Of a stretch of DNA of 27,385 nt, positions 15,414 through 24,800 are shown in pieces. The translations under genes were made by a program, and so were the position numbers. Numbering within the stretch: the stretch's first letter is position 1; each line of letters begins with the position of its first letter. Source of the stretch: a virus (lineage: Duplodnaviria; Caudoviricetes); the IMG/VR virus record IMGVR_UViG_3300021412_000030, positions 1 through 27,385 of that record; one strand, written 5' to 3'. The notes below the pieces were generated by a model, which worked only from the letters and a program-made list of their open reading frames with translations, did no database searches and was not told the origin of the DNA.

Positions 15414-15618
15414 GGAGCTTCACGAGAGATACTACTATCACAAGCCAAACGAAAGGAAGCAAGAGCTGCACGACCTGATCAATAAGAAGATGGAGGACGT
15501 GGCAAGAGTAGTGGAGCACAACCTCCCTGAAGGCAGAGAGAAATCTCTGGTCCATACGAAATTGGAAGAGGCCAGGTCCTGGGCTAATTCGGCTATCGCG
15601 AGGTCGAAGGATCTCTGA
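15400..15618 (+). CDS. Acb2/Tad1-like helical hairpin protein (putative immune-signal sponge)
   Basis: YYYHKP...LPEGREKSLVHTKLEEARSWANSAIAR; GGGAGG RBS before ATG 15400. Confidence 0.7.
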   Translation: MLTDEELHERYYYHKPNERKQELHDLINKKMEDVARVVEHNLPEGREKSLVHTKLEEARSWANSAIARSKDL

Positions 15619-15686
15619 GAGGAGGTAGAGGATAGAGTAGGGTGAGAAGAACGACGACTAACCAACAGACAGAGAGGAAAACGAAA

Positions 15687-16145
15687 ATGCCAAGATTGCA
15701 AATCACACCGGAAGAGTTCAAAAGAGCGAAAATGGTGAGGCCTGGCTGGTTTCCCTCATTGATCAAGGAAGTCACACTGGAACTGTCGAAGGACAAGCAA
15801 TCTCACAACATCGTGCTTGACCTGGAGAACGCGGACAACGAGAGCGAGTTCATCGGTGTTCCAGCAAAGCACTGGCTCACGGAGAAATACATCCAAGGAG
15901 TCGTCTCGTTCGTGAAAGCCTTCGATCCTGACATACCAGAGGATCGGATCGCGGACATCGAGTTCAGCGACTACAAGGGGAAGTATATCTATGCGAAGTG
16001 GGGAACCAATCGTGGTAAGGATGGCACTGACCCACCGCGTAATAATATCGAGGACTGGGCACCTCTTCCCTCCAAGTGGACGCATCTGAACAAGACCAAG
16101 GATGAGTCCGTAACCTCATCCGTGACCACTTTCGAGAAAGTCTAG
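15687..16145 (+). CDS. single-stranded DNA-binding protein (DUF669-like)
   Basis: PGWFPSLIKEV..SK OB-fold start, RNNIEDW end; follows the AAA_24 gene; terminator downstream. Confidence 0.65.
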   Translation: MPRLQITPEEFKRAKMVRPGWFPSLIKEVTLELSKDKQSHNIVLDLENADNESEFIGVPAKHWLTEKYIQGVVSFVKAFDPDIPEDRIADIEFSDYKGKYIYAKWGTNRGKDGTDPPRNNIEDWAPLPSKWTHLNKTKDESVTSSVTTFEKV

Positions 16146-16151
16146 TCAAAC

Positions 16152-16192
16152 AAAGGGCGGTGGGAGATCTACTCTTACCGCCCTTTTCTTTT
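16152..16192 (+). terminator. intrinsic terminator
   Basis: AAAGGGCGGTGGGAG/CTCTTACCGCCCTTT stem followed by TCTTTT. Confidence 0.85.
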
Positions 16193-16212
16193 GGAGTCAG
16201 GGAGAGAAAAGA

Positions 16213-17565
16213 ATGAAGATACCGATTGATCAGATCACCATTTTGAATCCATCTACGAACCATGATGAAATACAGCTCACCGAGCTAGCGGATAGTATGA
16301 AGGAGTTCGGCCTATCTCATCAAATAATAGTTCGCGAGGCGAACATTTTAGGCCAGGAGGATGGAGTAGATGAAAACCAAAACAAGATAGGATACATACT
16401 AGCATCTGGGGAGAGAAGACTGATAGCTGCCAAGCGTCTAGGATGGACAGAGATAGAGGCGGACATCAGAGCTATAGACGATAAGCAGTCCATCGAGATA
16501 CGGATCCATGAGAATTTACGACGAGTCAATCTCCAATGGTTCGAGGCGGTAGTCCTGGTTGAGCAGTTGCATAATTTGAGACAGGAGGAGTATGGAGTAG
16601 CGACCAGAGGTAGACCGACCAGAGAGGAGAGGCGAGCTGAGTTCGAGGAAGAGAAGAGACAGGGATGGTCGATAAGGGATACAGCAGAGGAACTAGGAGT
16701 CGGTATAGGGAATCTGTCTGAGGATCTATCACTGGCGCGCGCGTTGAGGAACGATCCGACGTTAGCTAAAGTCAGAGACAAAAAGACAGCTATCAAGCTA
16801 GTGCGTCAGGCAGCCGTTCGATATCAGTCAGAACTAGAAGCAGGCCGCCCTTCGGGTTCTCAAGACTATTTTTCAAACGAGGTAATGCTAGGAGATTCCG
16901 AAGAACTACTAAAGCATCTACCGGACAATTCAATAGACCACTGCATCACCGATCCTCCGTGGATTAAGTTCTTTGATCCGGAACTTCGCTTAGATGATCG
17001 GACACTCCCTGTCTTCAAGCAGCTCTACAGGGTTCTCAAGCATGGCTCATTTCTCTATGTATTCTGTGGTCTAGATGATTATGCCTACTATGCGGGAGTC
17101 ACGCTACCAGATCCCAATAATCCCAGCGAGTCTATACTAGCACAGGGAGAATTGCAGAAGGTCGGGTTTCAAGTATCCAAGACTCCAATAGTATGGCAGA
17201 AGTTAAGCTCTTTGTCTAGGAGAGGAGTGAGACAATGGGAATATGAGAGAGACTTTGAGTTCATTCTAGTCGCAGTCAAGGGAAATCCTGCCCTAGTATC
17301 CTCCAGACAGCCTTCCGGCGTGAAGCCATTCAAGATCGTCCCACCTGTAAAGCAGATCCATCCTAACGAGAAGCCTATCGAGATCTTAGAGGACATTCTT
17401 GCGGACTGTTCCTACCCAAAGAATCTAATCGTCGATCCATTCGGTGGCTCTGGATCGCTCGCTGAAGCATGTCTCAGACTCGGCCGGAGATATCTGATCT
17501 GTGAGCGCGATAAGGATTGCTATGATGCTGTTGTCAAAAGGCTTGCGGATAGGAGTAAAAAATGA
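16213..17565 (+). CDS. ParB/Srx N-terminal domain + HTH fused to beta-class N6A/N4C DNA methyltransferase
   Basis: LADSMKEFG..ILASGERRLIAAKRLGW..ENLRR; TDPPW motif IV, HPNEKP, DPFGGSGS motif I. Confidence 0.9.
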   Translation: MKIPIDQITILNPSTNHDEIQLTELADSMKEFGLSHQIIVREANILGQEDGVDENQNKIGYILASGERRLIAAKRLGWTEIEADIRAIDDKQSIEIRIHENLRRVNLQWFEAVVLVEQLHNLRQEEYGVATRGRPTREERRAEFEEEKRQGWSIRDTAEELGVGIGNLSEDLSLARALRNDPTLAKVRDKKTAIKLVRQAAVRYQSELEAGRPSGSQDYFSNEVMLGDSEELLKHLPDNSIDHCITDPPWIKFFDPELRLDDRTLPVFKQLYRVLKHGSFLYVFCGLDDYAYYAGVTLPDPNNPSESILAQGELQKVGFQVSKTPIVWQKLSSLSRRGVRQWEYERDFEFILVAVKGNPALVSSRQPSGVKPFKIVPPVKQIHPNEKPIEILEDILADCSYPKNLIVDPFGGSGSLAEACLRLGRRYLICERDKDCYDAVVKRLADRSKK

Positions 17566-17918
17566 ATCGAATGAATCCAGATCTATTCGTATATCTATCA
17601 GGACCAATCACAGCAAGTGATGAGTTCTCGATCGAGGATAATATAGCATCAGCCTTGGCAGTCTACTATGAATGCCTTAAATCTGGGATTCCAGCGTTCT
17701 GTCCACATTTAACTGCCATGTATCCATCAGCACACTATGCTATATCATATGAGATGTGGTTAGAGTATGACTTCACGATAATCAAACGTTGCACCCATGT
17801 GCTTTTATTGCCAGGTTGGAGACATTCTAATGGGGCAAAGCTGGAGATAGACTATGCTAAGTCTATTGGTATTCCAGTAATGAATACGATTTCTGAGATC
17901 TTGGAATCGATCATATGA
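17562..17918 (+). CDS. DUF4406/DUF1937-like protein (nucleoside 2-deoxyribosyltransferase-like fold)
   Basis: VYLSGPIT..FCPH..D..IIKRCTHVLLLPGWRHSNGAKLEIDYAKSIGIPV. Confidence 0.8.
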   Translation: MNRMNPDLFVYLSGPITASDEFSIEDNIASALAVYYECLKSGIPAFCPHLTAMYPSAHYAISYEMWLEYDFTIIKRCTHVLLLPGWRHSNGAKLEIDYAKSIGIPVMNTISEILESII

Positions 17919-20419
17919 CGGACTTTGAGGAAGGAGAAGTCAAGAGGATATATGTTCCAGGCGTTGGAAACCCACGAGCGGAGCTTATGTTCGTCGGGGA
18001 GGCTCCAGGTGCTACTGAAGAATATCTCAGACAGCCATTCGTAGGTCCAAGTGGTGAGCTACTATGGGAGATATGCAGGGAGGTAGGGATAGACAAGAGA
18101 GAGGTCTATGTAACCAATGTCTCGAAGTATAGACCTCCGAACAATCAGATCTTTAGGCTAAAGGAGATAGGAGTAGATATAAACAAGTGTATCGACCAAT
18201 TATGGGAGGAGATCCAAGCAATCAATCCTACCTGTATAGTAGCTCTAGGTAATACTCCTCTGCGCGCGCTTTGTAAGAAGGATAAGATACTAAGGTGGAG
18301 AGGCTCTATCCTAAAATCCTCTCACCTCGACTTCAAAGTGGTCCCTACGATCCATCCGGCTGCACTGTTACATTCAAGTGAGGAGGAGGGAGAGGAAGGA
18401 GAGGGAAAGCTAACTAAGAAAGGGCCACTGAAGTATTCCTACCGGCATGTCTTAAAGCTAGACCTCCGCCGCGCACTAGAGGAATCAAAGACTAAGATCT
18501 ATGACGTGCCAGATCGAGTCCTAGAGATAGCTCGAGACTCAGTCCAGCTCGGTCGCTTCCTCGATTTGTATAAGGACCGGGAGAAGTATCCGATAGTCTC
18601 AGTGGATATTGAGGTAGTCAGGTCAATTCCCTTCTGTATCGCCATAGCCTTCAGCAACTGGCACGCTATCTCTGTCCCTCTCCTTGATGTTTTCTCTTGG
18701 CAGAATCTATCCGGTATACAGGATCATCAACTAGCCGAGATGTGGATGTTAGTCGCACGATTGTTGGAGTCTGATGTCAAGGTCATAGGGCAGAACTTCA
18801 AATTTGACCAGAGACAACTAGCCAATCTTGGTATCTATATCTCTAACTTCTACTGCGATACATCCCTCCTGGCTAATGCCATACATCCAGAGTTTCCTAA
18901 GGCACTAGAGTTTAATACATCGATCTATACAAGGGAGCCATATTACAAGGATGAAGGTCGAGAATTTGATTGGAAGAAGGACAAGATCGATAGATTTCTA
19001 CTTTACAATGCAAGAGATGCAGCCATAACCTATGAAGTCTATGAGGAAATGATCAAGGATGCTAGAGAGTTAAGTGTCCCTGGGTTTCCAGACTGGATCA
19101 ATGAGTTCGTCTTCGATCATCAGATGCTCTTGCATGAGTTCTACTATGAGCTGGAGGATATCGGATTCAAAATCAATCACAAGATGCAGGCCGACCTCGT
19201 TAAACTTTATGACACGAGATTGAGTGAGGCGAAAGCCGAACTGCAAGCTCTGGCTGGATGGGATGTAAATCCTGCAAGTCCCAAACAACTAGCCATCCTA
19301 CTCTACAATCAACTCAAGTTTCCACGTCGTAAAGGGACAGGTGAGGAAGTAATCGTCGCGCTCTTGGCTAATACGAAGAAGATTACATCGGAGATGCAAC
19401 AGATCCTAGAACTTATCCTGAAAATTAGGAGATTGAAGATCGCGAAGGATAAGGTTGGTGCAAAGGTAGACTATGATGGGAGGATGAAGTCTGGATATAC
19501 ACCTTGCGGCACGGAGACAGGTAGGTCATCAACTAAACAGCTTAGACCGCCTGTAAGACCTGAGAAGATCGGGATGCCCTTCCACACAATCACGAAGCAT
19601 GGAGATATCGGAACTGAAATACGTGAAATGTTCGAGGCTGACGATGGCTATGTGTTGGTCGAAACCGATATGTCACAGGCTGAGGCTAGGATCGTGGCTC
19701 TCCTTGCTCACGATAAGAAGCTGCTCGACCTTTTCGCGCGCAAGGAGGACATCCATAAGCTTACGGCTTCTTGGATATTCAGTGTCCCTGTCTCTAACGT
19801 CACCACCGATCTACGATTCATAGGGAAGATGACGAGACATGCTGGCAACTACGACATGGGCAAGCACCGATTGATGGAACTAGTGAATACAGAAGCGAAG
19901 AGGTATCATCTTGATGTCAATATATCAGAGTGGAAAGCTGGTAAAATTCTCGATGCTTTTCACTCTTTCTCTCCCCAAATCAGGCAGGTCTATCATCAAG
20001 AAGTCCAGAGATGTTTACAGGGTAATAATCGAGTTCTCGTTAACCCATTCGGACGCTATAGGCAGTTTTTCGATCGATGGGGACGTGAGCTTTTCAAAGA
20101 AGCCTACGCCCAGATTCCCCAATCCACTGTCCCTGATCATATCAGACGTGCGGGTATACGTTCTAAGGTCAGATTCAAGGAGGGAGGTATTGATGCCAGA
20201 TTTATCCTCGAAGGTCATGACTCACTTGTTAGTCTGGTCCGGAAAGATCAAGTCCAATCCTACCTATCAATCGTTCATACAGAGATTGAGAAACCTATTG
20301 ATTTCTCTCGATGCACCATCTCCCGTGGATCCCTTATCATCCCAGCAGAAAGCAAAGTTGGATTGAATTACAAGGACTACTCAAAAACGAATCCCTCCGG
20401 TTTAAAATTAGTAGCTTAA
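17915..20419 (+). CDS. polA: family A DNA polymerase with N-terminal family-4 uracil-DNA glycosylase and 3'-5' exonuclease domains
   Basis: UDG VGEAPG/FVGPSG/HPA; exonuclease DIE, QNFKFD, YNARD; TETGRSS; motif A DMSQAEAR, motif B RFIGKMTRHAGNY, motif C HDS. Confidence 0.93.
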   Translation: MTDFEEGEVKRIYVPGVGNPRAELMFVGEAPGATEEYLRQPFVGPSGELLWEICREVGIDKREVYVTNVSKYRPPNNQIFRLKEIGVDINKCIDQLWEEIQAINPTCIVALGNTPLRALCKKDKILRWRGSILKSSHLDFKVVPTIHPAALLHSSEEEGEEGEGKLTKKGPLKYSYRHVLKLDLRRALEESKTKIYDVPDRVLEIARDSVQLGRFLDLYKDREKYPIVSVDIEVVRSIPFCIAIAFSNWHAISVPLLDVFSWQNLSGIQDHQLAEMWMLVARLLESDVKVIGQNFKFDQRQLANLGIYISNFYCDTSLLANAIHPEFPKALEFNTSIYTREPYYKDEGREFDWKKDKIDRFLLYNARDAAITYEVYEEMIKDARELSVPGFPDWINEFVFDHQMLLHEFYYELEDIGFKINHKMQADLVKLYDTRLSEAKAELQALAGWDVNPASPKQLAILLYNQLKFPRRKGTGEEVIVALLANTKKITSEMQQILELILKIRRLKIAKDKVGAKVDYDGRMKSGYTPCGTETGRSSTKQLRPPVRPEKIGMPFHTITKHGDIGTEIREMFEADDGYVLVETDMSQAEARIVALLAHDKKLLDLFARKEDIHKLTASWIFSVPVSNVTTDLRFIGKMTRHAGNYDMGKHRLMELVNTEAKRYHLDVNISEWKAGKILDAFHSFSPQIRQVYHQEVQRCLQGNNRVLVNPFGRYRQFFDRWGRELFKEAYAQIPQSTVPDHIRRAGIRSKVRFKEGGIDARFILEGHDSLVSLVRKDQVQSYLSIVHTEIEKPIDFSRCTISRGSLIIPAESKVGLNYKDYSKTNPSGLKLVA

Positions 20420-20433
20420 GGCAGGTCGACAGC

Positions 20434-21672
20434 ATGAATTTCGTCGAAGCGGTCCTTCGATATACCAAAGAGTCAGAGAGTCCACGGAAATACTTTTACT
20501 GGAGCGCGCTTGCCTCGATAGCCGGGGTCGTAAAGAATAATGTCTACCTAGATCGCTACAAGTATATTCTCTATCCCAACATCTATGTCCTATTAGTGGG
20601 TAGGTCAGGACTCAGGAAAGGTCCACCTGTCTCCCTAGCGCGCGGCCTGGTAGAGTATGTAGACAATACACGGGTATTCTCAGGTCGGATCACGATAGAA
20701 GGTCTAATCGTAGCCCTATCCGATGCAGTAACTAAAGAGAATGGAGGTCCACCACTACAGAGTGCGACAGGATTTATAGCTGCATCAGAGTTTGCCAGTT
20801 TCATCGTCCACAATCCAGAGGCTCTGACCATACTGACAGACTTATATGACAGTCAATACTATAATCAGTGGATCTATACGCTAAAAAACTCTCCGCCAGC
20901 CATACTAGATAGACCTTGCATTACAATGATAGGAGCGTCAAACGAGGCTCACTTAAAGGATTGTATCCCAGAGAATGCTATCGGTGGTGGATTCATAGCA
21001 AGAACCTTTATCATCTATGCGGACAAGAAGGCAGGTATCAATCCACTAACCAGACCACCAGCATCGACTATCACCGTGAAAGACTTGGAGAAGTTAATCT
21101 TTGAGATTTCTAAGATTAGGGGAGGATTTAAGTGGACCGATGATGGCAGGGATCTATATGAGGACTGGTATCAGAAGTTCTCAGAATTGGAGGAGAGTAA
21201 GGAGGATTCGACAGGGACTTTAGAGAGGATACATGATCACATATTGAAGACAGCCATGCTCGTATCCTTAGCGCGCGCTCCCGATAAGATGCTCATGAAA
21301 GATGACGTAGAAGAAGCCATAAGAGCATGTCAGGATTTTATACCGGGGGCCAAGAGGATAGCGTTAGGGCAGACAGGAAAGTCAATAAGCGCACCAGGAA
21401 CTGCAGTCTTACTTAGAGAACTTATAACAAATCCCGAGCACAAGATAAGTAGATCGAAAGCACTGGAGAAGTATTGGGCACATTTCGATTTCGGAGAACT
21501 AGACAGGATAGCCGAGAGTTTATTTGCTCAGAGGGCTATTACTATCCAGTTGGTAAAGGATGGAGATGGACACCAGGATACTTACTACTTCCTACAGCCC
21601 AAAGTCCTAGAGAAATTCGAGGCTAAGCAAAGATCTCGCGCGGCTCGGTCTGATGGCGATTCAGACGTCTAG
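20434..21672 (+). CDS. DUF3987/YfjI-like P-loop ATPase (putative replicative helicase)
   Basis: ESPRKY..W, YPNIYVLLVGRSGLRKG, ASEF, LTDLYD, GGFIAR; likely start ATG 20434. Confidence 0.75.
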   Translation: MNFVEAVLRYTKESESPRKYFYWSALASIAGVVKNNVYLDRYKYILYPNIYVLLVGRSGLRKGPPVSLARGLVEYVDNTRVFSGRITIEGLIVALSDAVTKENGGPPLQSATGFIAASEFASFIVHNPEALTILTDLYDSQYYNQWIYTLKNSPPAILDRPCITMIGASNEAHLKDCIPENAIGGGFIARTFIIYADKKAGINPLTRPPASTITVKDLEKLIFEISKIRGGFKWTDDGRDLYEDWYQKFSELEESKEDSTGTLERIHDHILKTAMLVSLARAPDKMLMKDDVEEAIRACQDFIPGAKRIALGQTGKSISAPGTAVLLRELITNPEHKISRSKALEKYWAHFDFGELDRIAESLFAQRAITIQLVKDGDGHQDTYYFLQPKVLEKFEAKQRSRAARSDGDSDV

Positions 21673-21673
21673 C

Positions 21674-21889
21674 TTATGACAAGCCTTCACCGACCCACTC
21701 GAATTTCCGTTCAAATTCGGAGCGGTCCATCACGCAGTGCCGGGGACCCACCCAGCCAGGATCGATGCGTAACGGAATGTAGACGACCATCTCGACACTC
21801 GTGGTGTGATGGCGGCAGAGGCAGTCGAACTCATAGAGCATCCCAACTCCTGTGCGGCCTTCGATCTTCCGATACACGCCTGTCTGCAT
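21674..21889 (-). CDS. DUF1653-like protein
   Basis: GVYR..YE....RHHTTSVEMVVY..L...VMDRSEFERKF. Confidence 0.65.
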   Translation of the reverse strand: MQTGVYRKIEGRTGVGMLYEFDCLCRHHTTSVEMVVYIPLRIDPGWVGPRHCVMDRSEFERKFEWVGEGLS

Positions 21890-21891
21890 GA

Positions 21892-24800
21892 TTATCGACT
21901 CCTCCCAGACCTACCGCCTCTACCGCCTCGACCACCACCACGCTGATCTGATTCTCTGATGGCCGATGCTAGACCTGTCCCGACTAACGGCACCGCGCGC
22001 GCTCCCATAGCGGCTAGACCTCTTATGTTTCCAGTTCCCACATTATAGGCAGTCTCTCCGATATCTCCAATGACTGGACCAGCTAAGTTAGTAGCCGTCC
22101 CCGCTGGACTCCTCGCCGAACTCTCCAATAGATCTCCAATGTATCCGAGAGTCCATGCCTGACCCAAATTGTTAATCATCCTCTTAAATCCCTCACCTCT
22201 TTCTGCAATCGCTTTCCTGACTTCATCTTGCCAGTCTCCCGCACCGCCTATCCATCTACCAGTCCCCCTCAGTGTCGCGTTGATATCTCCAAGAGGCTCG
22301 CCCATGATGGTTCCAGTTCCTATCATGATAGCAGCCGTTCTAAATGGACCCATGATCTTAGCTGCTTCATAGAGATTCTTAGATTGCTGGAATGCATATC
22401 TCTTGAACAGGAAAGATAGTCGAGCAGCCGGATGGTCAGACCAGATCGGAGGCAAGTCAATGTTAGATGCTCTTCCTTGTGAGATCTCCGCCATCCTACC
22501 ACCAGCTCGATTAACCTGCCAGTCCGTAAGAGCATCCTGCCTGATTAACTTCCAGGGATTCTCTTGTATTAGATCCTCCAACTGAGCCATGAGTTTATCG
22601 GTCGGATTTGCTTTAGCTTTTGCAAAAATTTCCGGAGCAGTATACTTACCTGCAAGACCTGCGACGGTCCTATTAAACTCCTCGCTCTTCGTAATCCCAA
22701 ACCATCGAGCCAGTCCACTTGGACCCTCGGTTGCTTCTCTAAGTATTTCTCTATAGATCGATTGATAGACTCCCATGACCTCAGCTTGCGACTTAGATCC
22801 TTTATAGTCGAACAGAGTCTTAGCTAGAGCCTTCCCAGTATTCTTAAATCCAGCCCGTGCAGGTAACATAGCAATCTGAGCTGTATTGTTGATCATGAAT
22901 TTGGATAGCTTGGTCGCAACCTGGAACTTGACCACAGCCCGATTGAAGCGTGCCCAGGATGGATCCATTGGTTCTTCCCGACCAAGATACCGATTCACGA
23001 TCTTACCAACTCTGATTGGATCATCTGTCACTGCGATCATGCGAGAGATTGGAGAGCCCTTCTCAGCTGTATCCATAGGACCAAAATCGTGAGCCTGCAT
23101 GATCCTTCGAGACATGTCATCGTAGTGTTGATAGTCTGCTCCTATATCCTTTCGATATCCCGGTGCATTAACTCGACGGGCATACTGAGGATCGATCAAT
23201 CTCTCACCATGCTCAGCTGAGTTCTTCAGGATCGTCTCTGCTTCCTTTAGAGTATAACCCTGATCCATGATTGTCTCTAGTGCGCGCTTTCGATCTTTGT
23301 AGTATCCTTGAGGATAGATATGAGGCCAGTAGCTTCCCTCTTCACTTAGAGGTCTCCAAGGGACTCGCTTTCCACCTGCAGTCTTAAGGCTCACCCCGGA
23401 CGCGCGCATCGCATCACTGACTCGACGATCTACCACACGGAATCGAGAGAAGGCATCCGCGACCGCCTGACTAATCGGTGCCGCTCCGGTATCCCTCATC
23501 TCGATATAGTTAGCTAGTTCCTCAGGAGTCAGATCTTTTGTGATCTCCTTCAATCTAGAGATAATCCGACCACCAAATTGTTCTGCGTCTAACCGATTCC
23601 TAATGATGAGTTCCTTTAGATCCTCACCATTCAGATCTCGTATTATAGATAGACCTGACTTAGCAAGATCATCCCTAATTTTCTTTAGATCTGTTCTCGC
23701 TTGCTCAGGGAAGATTTTCTCGGCAGCCCTCGAAATCTTCTGCCTAATCTCACCTGGGTCAAAAGGGAAGCGTAGCTCTCCCTTCTCCTCCCCAAGTAGC
23801 TTCTTCAATCTCTCTCGCAATCCAGGTCGTAGCTTAATCTCTGCAATCGCCTCTGGATCTTTCTCAGTGAAGGCGAAGTATTCTAAGCTCCTATCATCCG
23901 TATTCTTGAATGGTCTGTAGTTGGATTCAGTCTTTCCTTTTATCGGCCCTTTCCCCTGAGATGGAGGTATAGTGCTAGGTTTACTAGTAAGAGTAGCAGG
24001 AGGAACCCTATCCACCACGTCAGAGACATCTCCTATTTCCCTCCCTAAAACTGTCCGACCCTCAGGCTTCCTCTCGTATTGAACCCCGCGACCTCCTCCA
24101 TACGGTGAGGTTTGCTCTAGGATATCTCTCGTATTCGGCGTGGTCCCCAACTCACCAACATCCTCAAGATTCTCCGATAGACCTCTTGATCCACCGTAGA
24201 ATGTTCGAGGAGCCGGGGCTAGTCCTCTATCATTTAGTGCAGGAAGTGCTCTCTGTTCTGGTCTACCCCCCAACTGACGCTCACCTACGACCCTGAACTC
24301 TGCATCTATTGGAGCTGGTGGCTCTGCTGGTGGATAAGAAGTAGGTCTAGGTCTAGTTTTCCATCTAGCTGTTGGTCCAGAAGGTCGAGGTCGTTCAAGA
24401 GCTGTTGGAGCAGGTCTAGGAGTAGCAGTAGATTTAGGTAAAGCTCGATAAGGAGTTCTCATACCGAATGCACCGCCGACAGTCTCCAGTGCTCCGGCTC
24501 CGACTTCTCCTATATCTTCATTTGATAAACCAGAACCCATCTTATAGACACCCTCTGCCGTCAGTGCTCCTCCTCCTAGCCTAGCTGCATTTGTCAGTGC
24601 CCTAGACGTCCCAGCTAGTCCGGCGCGCGCCGCGGTTCCTGATCCTAGAGTAGCCAGCGTAAGAGCTATATCTCCAGGCGACGTCATCTGAGTTCCAACA
24701 TCACCTATCGTATTGATCCCTCCCCTGATAACCTTCCTTGCTAGATTGGAAGGCATACCGACCTCTCCCCCGAAATCGATATCAGGTGGAGATTCAGTCT

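Noticed and set aside
20311-20433. N-terminal extension of the DUF3987 ORF
   Set aside because: Overlaps the polA 3' end; family-like sequence begins at ATG 20434
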